Shown here one piece after another: positions 54,631-64,000 of a DNA stretch of 64,000 nucleotides; position 1 is the first letter of the stretch; each line of letters starts with the position of its first letter. The translations under genes were made by a program, and so were the position numbers. The DNA is from Octopus vulgaris (lineage: Eukaryota), in assembly GCA_951406725.2 (NCBI GenBank), contig OX597827.1, positions 23,188,001 through 23,252,000 of the forward strand, given 5' to 3'. The notes under the pieces were generated by a model. That model had not been told where the DNA came from. It searched no databases and worked only from the letters and a program-made list of their open reading frames with translations.

Positions 54631-55129
54631 GTAAGTTACCTATTTTTCACCTGTCTACATGACTAGAATAAACATCAGTTTTTGGTAGTTGTAGAACTGG
54701 TGGCCTTTACTAGTGAGCTCTTAATTAATATTAGTCTGGATGGCCTAAATATTTGGTGATATGCAAACACTTGCATAGCAAGTGACCTGATCTGAGATCA
54801 TTTAGAATAGTGAACAAATTATCAGGTTAGAGTTAGAGGGTTAACTTACAGATGTCTCTGTGTTTCTACCTCCAATCAGAGAGTTAACTCACAAATGACC
54901 AAGTATCAATGATTTTCAAACTTATTGTGGAACCCATAAACATATTTTACAGACAGCCACTGCCATCTTAATTTTAATAACACTGATTGGCGTTGGAAGG
55001 GCATCCAGCCATAGAGGCCATGCTGAAATAGACAATTGGAGCCTGGTGCACCTCTCTGGCTGGTCAGCTTCTGCCAACCCAGCCAAACCATGCCAGCATA
55101 GAAAACAAATGATGACGATGAAATGAAAT

Positions 55130-55665
55130 CATTATCATCATCGTTTAACGTCTGTTTTCCATGCTAGCATGGGTCGGACGGTTTGATCGGGGTCTGGGAA
55201 GCTAGGAGGCTGCACCAGGCTCCAGTCTGATCTGGCAGTGTTTCTATAGCTCGATGCCCTTCCTAACGCCAACCACTCCGTGAGTGTAGTGGGTGTTTTT
55301 ACATGCCACTGGCACAGGGGCCAGAGGAAGCTGGCAATGGCCACGATCGGTTGGTGCTTTTTACGTGCCACTGACACGGACGCCAGTCAAGGTGGCGCTG
55401 GCATCAGCCACATTTGGATGGTGCTTTTAACATGCCACCAGCACGGGTATTGCAACTACAATTTCCATTTGATTTTTATTTTGATGTTGATGTACTTGAC
55501 TCATTAGGTCTCCTCAAGCGCAGCAGGTTGCCCTACAATCCAAGGTTATCACAGTAGGCCATCCTGCGAGCCATGAACTCACTTCATTTGTTGGGTCTTT
55601 GCAGTCACAGCATATCTCCAGAGCTCTTGGTCTTTCGTCATTGCCTAAGTGAGGCCCAAAGTTAT
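55130..55665 (-). mobile_element. Second 5'-truncated copy of the same RTE LINE
   Basis: Same ORF end, UTR, repeat units and (GAT)n tail as 11395-12063. Confidence 0.82.
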
Positions 55666-56525
55666 GATTTTAAAGAAAGAATTTAGTCGTATTAAAACCA
55701 AAACTTAGCAACATTACTTTGAAAGTGTGAAAAGGTTTTTCTTTTATAAAGTGTATTTTTATTAAATTTTATTAAAAGATCCTTCATTTTGTGGAATCCC
55801 TAAATTTTTCCATATAACCCACTTTGAGAAACACTGGATTGCTATGCTATTTCTTACTGTGTCTGTAACTAATGGAGATTTAACTTAAAAATAGCTTAGT
55901 CTACTTAGCTGTAAATAGGCACCAACTACTAACTACCATAACTGTACTGCATTGTCCAGTTGTACTAAAAGATACTTGGCTGTACTCATCCCACTAAAAT
56001 CTGTACCTTTATTAGAAAGGAGGGGAAATAGTGGCTTGCTGGCAGTATTTGTAGTAAATAGTGAAATCTGATTGTCAATGTGAGTAAATGGTGGAGTATT
56101 TATATAATAAACAGTATGATCTGAGGTAACCCATTAATGTAGGTAAATAGTAGAGTACCTATGTAGTAAACAGCATAATTTGAGGTTACTAGTGTTAATC
56201 AATGTAGATAAAAGATGAAGTACATCATTGTCATCATCTTTTAATGTCCATTTCCCATGAGATAGTAAATAGTAAGATTCGAGGTAACCAATGATGGTCA
56301 GTGTTGGTAAATAGTGAGTGTAAACAGTTAAGAAACGGAGTAAATTGGCTTGGTTTGCAACTTTCATCATTGCAGTATCTAGTAATATTTGTTTATTTTC
56401 TGAGTGTAAATTCCACCAAAGCTGACTTAGTTTTCTCTGTTGTGAGGTTGATTAAATAAATACCAGTTGAGTCCTTTGTTGTGTGTCAATGTTACAAATC
56501 ATTGTTATTTATTTTGTTTTTACAG

Positions 56526-56669
56526 GAAGAGAGTGGTATTTCTTTAAACACTGTAGATTCAGTGGACAGTTTTGTTGGTGACATAAACAGTGGCCACTGG
56601 GACACTGTCCTTCAGGCCATTCAGTCACTCAAGTTACCCGACCAGAAACTTATTGAACTCTATGAACAG
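56526..56669 (+). CDS. SMU1: SMU1 coding exon 3 (CTLH region)
   Basis: TTTTACAG acceptor and CAG|GTAAGA donor. [48 protein letters not shown]; 144 nt, phase 0. Confidence 0.97.
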
Positions 56670-58736
56670 GTAAGATAAGGACCTTTTAACTGCAATCAAG
56701 TCAACCCATCTAGGAGCACAGGAGTAGTAATTATTGAATAAAAAACACTTGACATGTGACAGAGGGGATTCTGCTCCTGTCACAGACAACCTGTCTAGGG
56801 CCAGTGGTTTGATAAAATGCACCCGATCTAATTAAAGTTGTTGTAAAGATTAAAGTGTTTTGAATGGCACAACAATGCACCATAATAACAACAATGGACT
56901 ATAATAACTGTTATAATTTAATCATCCATAATCTGATATAATATTTCGGAATATAAAAATTCCTTCTTCAGATATCCCTAGGAATTGATTGAGTCACTGT
57001 TATAATCGGTTTTAAAGTTGTTGGTAATGAGAAGGATATCCAGTCATAAATTCCTTGCCAAAAAAAAAAAAATTGCTACTCACTTCTTAGCCCATTATTT
57101 CATTGTGATGCTGTGAGATGTGCTTCAGGTTTTGTAGATAGGGAGTTATATTTCTTGACAAGAGCGGAGGCAGAAGCATATAGATGATGGTCACCTGGAA
57201 TTCTTTGGGGTGGATATAAATGGTGGTCACCTGGAATTCGTTGAGGTGGAGTGCTAGAGCAAAACCCAGACATCCAGACATTGAGATGTGATGTCTATTG
57301 TGATATCCCCTTCTTCTATGGACACATGATAGCAGTCTAGTTGGTCCTTACTGGTTGATGTGAATCTGCTCCTACCCAGCTAAAAAGACATTCCACCCAC
57401 CACCATTGCCACTTTCTCTTTCTCACTCACTCTCACGCTACTCGTCTACCCCTTTTCCCTGTCCCTTGTTTCCTCCCCTGGCCACTGTCACTCACCACAG
57501 GAAGTCTCTTCTTCTACCCCACCCCCTACTTCTCTGAACACCTTAAAGTTGCAACACTCTCCTATTCTTATGGGGTTTCTTTAGTTTTATGAATTACAAA
57601 AAGATCTCTACCAATGCTGGTGCCATGAAGAAAATGGTCCAGTTTACTCTGTGAAGTGGTTGGTGTTAGGAAGGGCATCCAGCCATAGAAATCATGTTAA
57701 AACTGAGACATTTGAGCAAGACATGGTTCCTCTGATCCATCAGGTCTTATAAAACCGTCCAACCCATACCAGCATGGAAAGTAGATGTGAAATGATAATA
57801 GTAAAGTTAGAAGTTTCTTCTTTTGGTGCTGTATGTGCCAAATGAGGAAAGGTCATATTGCGTAGTAAAATGCTGTGAAACATACAAATTGGGCTTCCAC
57901 ACAGTTTCTTATTTCTTTATTGCCCACAAGGGGCTAAACATAGAGGGGAGAAACAAGGACAGACAAAGGGATTAAGTTGATTACATTGACCCCAGTGCGT
58001 AACTGGTACTTAATTTATCGACTCCGAATGGATGAAAATCGACCTCGGCGAAATTTGAACTCAAAATGTAAAGATAGACAAAATACCGCTAAACATTTCG
58101 CCCGGCATGCTAACATTTCTGCCAGTTTCTGTCTATCAAACTCTACTCACAGTTCATTGGTCAACCTAATGCTGTTAAGCAAGACCCTTAATCAAGGCGC
58201 CGTGCAGTGGTATTGATCTCAGGCCCATCAAAGCTTCTTGAGCATGCACTTTCCCCTGTTCACACAGAAAATTAATAAATCATCACAATCATCATCATTA
58301 TTCCTGTCATCATTATGATGCTGAAAGTCTATAAACTTGGTCAGAATCTGTGCTATACGCGGAGGCAGGAGCGGGGACACAGATATTTATGTAATGTTTG
58401 TTGTCTCTCTGTGTTTTGTAAATTTTGATGCTCACTACATAAAATATATTAACACTAGCTTAACTACTGTTTTTCAAGCAGATGGTGTGTCAGAGTAATT
58501 TCTAAATTTTTTTTTTCATTTTGATCATATTCAGTTCATTCAATAGAAATAATATGAATGATTTATGCTGTAGATTTGATCATAATGATGATGATTATGA
58601 TGGTTATCAACTAAAACTTCATGTCTCAACAAATTTGTAGTCTTGTGTTTATATTAGAAATTAATATTATTGTTATAATAATAATAATAATAATAATAAT
58701 AATTATTATTATTATTATCATTATTATTATTATTAT

Positions 58737-59360
58737 GGTGGTGAGTTGGCAGAATCTGTATCTCACCAGACTAAATGCTTAATGGTATTTCATCCATCTT
58801 CATGTTTGAAAGACGGCGAGCTGGCAGAAACGTTAGCACACCGGGCGAAATGCTTAGCGGTATTTTGTCTGTGGTTACGTTCTGAGTTCAAATTCCGCCG
58901 AGGTCGACTTTGCCTTTCATCCTTTCGGGGTCGATAAATTAAGTACCAGTTACGCACTGGGGTTGATGTAATCAACTTAATCTGTTTAGCCCCTTGTGGA
59001 TAGTAAAGAAATAGGTATTTCGTCTGCCATTACGTTATGAGTTCAAATTCTGCCGAAGTCGACTTTGCCTTTCATCCTTTCGGGGTCGATAAATTAAGTA
59101 CCAGTTACGCACTGGGGTCGATAAAATCGACTTAATCCATTTGTCTGCCCTTGTTTGTCCTCTCTGTGTTTAGCCCCTTATGGGTAATAAAGAAACAGGT
59201 ATTTCATCCATCTTCACATTCTAAGTTCAAATTCTACCAAGGTCAACTTTACCTTTCATTCTTTCAGGGTTGATAAAATAAATACCAGTTAAATATTGGG
59301 GGGGGGGGGTTGATGTAATCAACTTACCCACCTCACACCAAAATACTGGCCTTGAAACCA
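58737..59360 (+). mobile_element. Nested trimer of family A SINEs
   Basis: An old copy is split by younger units; 19-bp duplication GGTATTTCATCCATCTTCA at 58784-58802 and 59198-59216. Confidence 0.85.
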
Positions 59361-60946
59361 CTATTATTATTCCATTCAAGCGTGAATCAATGCCAGTGTC
59401 GCCTGACTGGCTCCCTGTGCTGGTGGCACGTTCAAAGCTCCATCCTAAATGTGGTTGATGCCAGTGCCCTCCGACTGGCTCCTCCGCTGGTGGCACGTAA
59501 AAAGCACCATTTGAATGTGGTCGATGCCAGTGCCGCCTGACTGGCTCCCATGCCCATGGCATGTAAAAAGCACCCACTACACTCTTGGAGTGGTTGACGT
59601 TAGGAAGGGCATCCAGCTGTAGAAACATTGCCAGATCAGATTGGAGCCTGGTGCAGCCTCCTGCCTTACTAGTCCTCATTCAAACTGTCCAACCCATGCC
59701 AGCATGGAAAGCAGACATTAAACGATGATGATGATGATTAAGGCTGCAAGCTGGCTGAATCATTAGCACACCAGACAAAATACCTAGTAGCATTTCCGCC
59801 GAGGTGGACTTTGCCTTTCACACTTTCAGGGTCAATAAAATAGGTACCAGTTGCATATTGCAGTTGATGTAATTGACTATCACCCCTACCCCCAACAAAA
59901 TTTCAAGCCTTGTGCCTTTAATACCAAGAATTATTATTATTATTGGATTGGCAAATTCATTAGCATATCGGGAAAAATGCCTTGCAACATTGTTCTTGTT
60001 CAGATTGTAAGTTCCCCCGCCTTTTATTCTTCTACATTTAATAAAATAAAGTACCAGTCATATAATTGGGATAAACATAAGTGATCTTTTCCACTCACCT
60101 AATTTCTGGCCTTGAGCATTATTATAATTACGGGTGGTAAGCTGGCAGAATTGTTGGCACACTGGGCAGAGCGCTTAGCTGCATTTCGCCCATAACCATG
60201 TTCTGAGTTCAAATTCTGCCAAGGTCGACTTTGCCTTTCATCATTTTGGGTCAATAAAATAAGTCCCAGTTGAACACTGGCGATCGATGTAATTGATTCA
60301 TCCCCTCCCCCAAAGTTGGTGTCCTTGTGGAAACATTTGAAACCATCATCATCATCATTATTATTATTATTGTTGTTGTTTTTGAAGGCAGCGTGCAGAA
60401 TCGTTAGTATGTCAGGCGAAATGCTTAGTGGTATTTCGTCTGTCTTCACATTCTGAGTTCAAATGCCACCAGGGTTAACTTTGTCTTTCATCCTTTTGAA
60501 GTCAATAAATTAAGTACCAGTTACGCACTGGGGTCAATCTAATCGACTTAATCCCTTCCCCCAAATTTGAGGCCTTGTGCTTCCAGTAAAAAGGATTATT
60601 TTATTGCCTTTGCACAGCTTCTAACGATGGAGATGTACTACAGTGCCAGCTGTTCACTACCAGTGAACTAAGATAACACCTATTATTTTTCGAGCACCTT
60701 CTGGAGTATTCGAGCGGTTCCAAGTAGTGCTGTTTTCTGCAAGTGCTCCACCCTTATTGCAGCCCCTATTTCTTCCATGTACTTCTCAAGATTTTTACTC
60801 CCTGTTCCCAGGGTTCCGACAATTATTGGTACTGCTGCCACCTTTTTTCATCGACCACAACTGCTTAACCTCCCATGCTAACCTGTCTATTATTATTATT
60901 ATTATTATTATTTCCAATTATTGAAATTTTTTCTTATTTTTTCTAG

Positions 60947-61099
60947 ATTGTTCTTGAACTGATTGAGTTGCGTGAGTTGGGGGCTGCCAGGTCCCTTCTC
61001 CGACAGACCGACCCAATGATAATGTTGAAGCAAACCCAGCCTGACCGCTATGTCCATTTAGAGAACATGCTTGCCCGGTCCTACTTTGACCCTCGCGAA
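60947..61099 (+). CDS. SMU1: SMU1 coding exon 4
   Basis: TTTCTAG acceptor and GAA|GTAAGT donor. [51 protein letters not shown]; 153 nt. Confidence 0.97.
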
Positions 61100-61214
61100 G
61101 TAAGTCCGAGACTTCAGTCCCAGTTTTGCTTAACATTTTTCTGTGTTTTCCTTGCTTCTCCCCTTTTCTCATCTCTGCCTCGTCACTCACACTCTATCCC
61201 CTTAATACCTCTAG

Positions 61215-61365
61215 GCTTATTTAGAAGGTCAAACAAAGGAAAAGAGGCGTTCTGCCATTGCCCAAGCGTTGTCGGGAGAAGTCAATGTTGTCCCACCGTC
61301 ACGTCTTCTGGCTTTGTTAGGTCAGGCCTTGAAATGGCAACAGCATCAAGGACTTCTACCCCCTG
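61215..61365 (+). CDS. SMU1: SMU1 coding exon 5; the WD40 exons lie beyond the window
   Basis: CTCTAG acceptor and CTG|GTAAGT donor. [50 protein letters not shown](G); 151 nt, phase 1. Confidence 0.97.
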
Positions 61366-64000
61366 GTAAGTTTATTGGTTTTTCTTTTACTCCTCTGTCT
61401 GTTTCTGATGTATTACAAATTATGACAATACTTGTTAATGCTATAACCGTTTAGTAACAATAAAACATAACGAAGCAGGGTAACAACCACGTAACAATCG
61501 AACAGACTCTCCACAAACTATACACGGACCAACAAACGATATTCCGACAAACTACCAAAACGACACCTTACAATTTCCTGCAATTAATGCCTACCTTCTC
61601 TGTCTCTGTCTCACTCAGACCGCTACTATTTATAGTCGTTTGGTCAGTCTATTCTTGCAGGGGGGGTGGTGTCATGACTCTTGCTACAAGTTTCTAATCA
61701 TTGATTCCACAATTACCTGTGGGTGTATTCCACAGTTAACAATAGGTATGTCACACAATTACAGGTACGTACAGGTGAAATATAAAATATATAATTTAAA
61801 TTTTCTTTCAATATCATCATATCAAATGAATTATTAGTCAAGCATGCTGAGCAAAATGCTTAGCGGCATTTTATCTGTCTTCATGTTTTGAGTTCAAATT
61901 CTGCTGAGGTTGAATTTGTCTTTCATCCTTTTGGGGCCAATGAGTACTGGGGTGGGGTCAGTATAATCAACTTACCCACTCCCCTGAAATTGCTGGCCTT
62001 GTGCCAAAATTTGAAGCCAATAATATAAAAGTAAAATGTCTATTGATATATATTTATGTTAAAAATGCTGTAATTCCATTCAAATTGTCCATTTTTTTTG
62101 TGTTTGTGTCTGTTTTGCACACAATTTCTCTCCATTGTTGTTGGTTTATAAGAACACGAGTAAATAGTCAATGGGTTTGAGTCATGAGGACGACTGATTG
62201 AATTTGGCTTCTAAAAAAATTTTGGAAGAGAAACATTTTAAAAGTTTCTATTCGTTCTTTTTCTCCAACTGTTTGCTTTCACTATTGATGAGTATTGCTA
62301 CCCAACATTGTTTACACCACAGACATCAAAACATCTGCTCGAAAGTTCGTCAGATGTGACACTTGATGCAATTTTCATCTTTCAAAATTGATTTTAGGTC
62401 AAAGAAAATTGATATTCCTTTCAGGATAACATCTGTCTGTGTTTTGTTTGTTTTTTGGGCAACACTCTGTCCATACATGTTTTCATTATCGTGGTTTGTA
62501 AAGATTGTATTTTATTGAGCAAACATTGTGTATGATAACATCAGAACATATAATATTTCATTTCCAAACAACCAGTATTTTCAGCTGTTGTATTTTCTTC
62601 TTTTTCAATGCATTTACGAAAGATATCTTTAGCTGATACTTGGTTTTTTAAACAGACACCCAATCTGTTATCCTTTATAACTGAGAGATCTTTACATAAT
62701 ATATTTGATGATTAGGAGAGTAATGCTACAGTTGTAAGTAACAGATGTAAATGCTACACATGCTCACCTGTATATTATACACAGGGTGTGATCTTCTCTT
62801 AAGAACTGGTAGCAAAGGATGTTAAATAGAAATGTAATTATATTAGTCTTGTTATGTTAGAGGAGTGTCTTGATTGTGATGGTTTATATTAAGGATCATC
62901 ATCATCATTGTTTTAACATCCACTTTTCCATGCTGGCATGGGTCGGATGGAAATTTGCTAAGGCAGATTTGCTATGGCTCAATGCTCTTCCTGTTGCCAA
63001 CCCTCACCTGTTTCCCAGTGACAAGTGAGGTAGTATTCCACCCACTGACCAGACATGTCTCAGAAGATAGGAAATGAAGGATGCTGCTTATCTACATATG
63101 TATATATACGACAGGCTTCTTTCAGTTTCCGCCTCCCAAATCCTCTCAGAAGACTTTGGTCGGCACAGGGCTATATAGTAACAGTCACTTGGCCAAGGTG
63201 CAACACAGTGGGACTAAACCTGGAACCAAGTGGTTGGAAAGCAACCTTCCTGACCACACCCCCACCTTTCCACTGATTGTCCACTATGGAGTCAGTTGAC
63301 CGTTTTTGTTTCCCATCTTCAGGAAATGTGTCTTCCCCCCCCACTCCTGAAATACTCTCACCTTCATCTTACACACAATAATGTCTTCTTTTGTTTTCGT
63401 CTTGTACTTGTTTCAGTCATTTTGTGGTGGCCATGCTGGGGTACTGCCTTCAAGAATTGACCCCAGCACTTTTTTTAAGTCTGGTATTTATTTTATTGGG
63501 TTTCTTTTGCTGAACTGCTAAGTTAAGGGGATGTAAACACACCAACACTGGTTGTCAAGCAATGGTGAGGGACAAACAAACGCACACACACAGAGGACGG
63601 GCTTCTTTCAGTTTTTGTCTACCATATCCACTCACAAGGCTTTGGTCAGCCCAAGGCTATAGAAGACACTTGCCCAAGGTGCCACGCAGTGGAACTGAAC
63701 CCAGAACCATGTGGTTGGGAAGCAAGCTACTTACCACCCAGCCAACCCTATGCCTCACATATTAGCCTTTTCTTTTTATACTTTTATTTCCAAATCTACT
63801 GCAACCTATTTTTGAACTGTTTTGAAGGTCACCCATTATTTCTATATTTTCTGGGCACAGTTAAGAAGTTTGTTCTAAAATCACAAGGTACTTGGTTCAA
63901 TGTCATTGAACAGGACCTAGGTAAGAGTCTTCTGTTTTAGCCAGAGATTGACCCGAATCTTATAAATGAAATTATGTAAATGGAGACTGTGTGGAAGCTT

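Noticed and set aside
61430-61765. Possible solo LTR in SMU1 intron 5
   Set aside because: TG...CA candidates exist, but no matching TSD or second copy could be found.

Overview
AT-rich, microsatellite- and transposon-dense animal genomic DNA. The SINE and microsatellite repertoire looks cephalopod (Octopus-like); that assignment is an inference. Two genes are supported. (1) The first five coding exons of the spliceosomal WD40 gene SMU1 on the + strand (ATG at 50454; the gene runs past the window end). (2) A divergently oriented, unrecognised gene on the - strand with a ~1.1 kb acidic/low-complexity exon (25557-24438) ending at a canonical donor. The rest is layered mobile DNA: at least four tRNA-derived SINE families; 3' fragments of RTE, CR1, R4/Dong-like and L1/Tx1-like LINEs; a near full-length dead mariner; DD37D (maT-like) relics; hAT, piggyBac-like, pogo/Tigger-like and GG-ended MITEs; and non-autonomous Helitrons. 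Most notable observations: a SINE that repeatedly inserts at one fixed site inside its own family and shares its 3' stem-loop tail with microsatellite-embedded Tx1-like LINEs; an exact duplicate of the SMU1 exon 2 acceptor that would act as a poison exon; a minimal hammerhead-ribozyme-like motif; and a 66-bp hairpin array in an RTE 3' UTR. Most ORFs in the supplied track are microsatellite artefacts. All family assignments come from motif recognition by eye, with no database searches.
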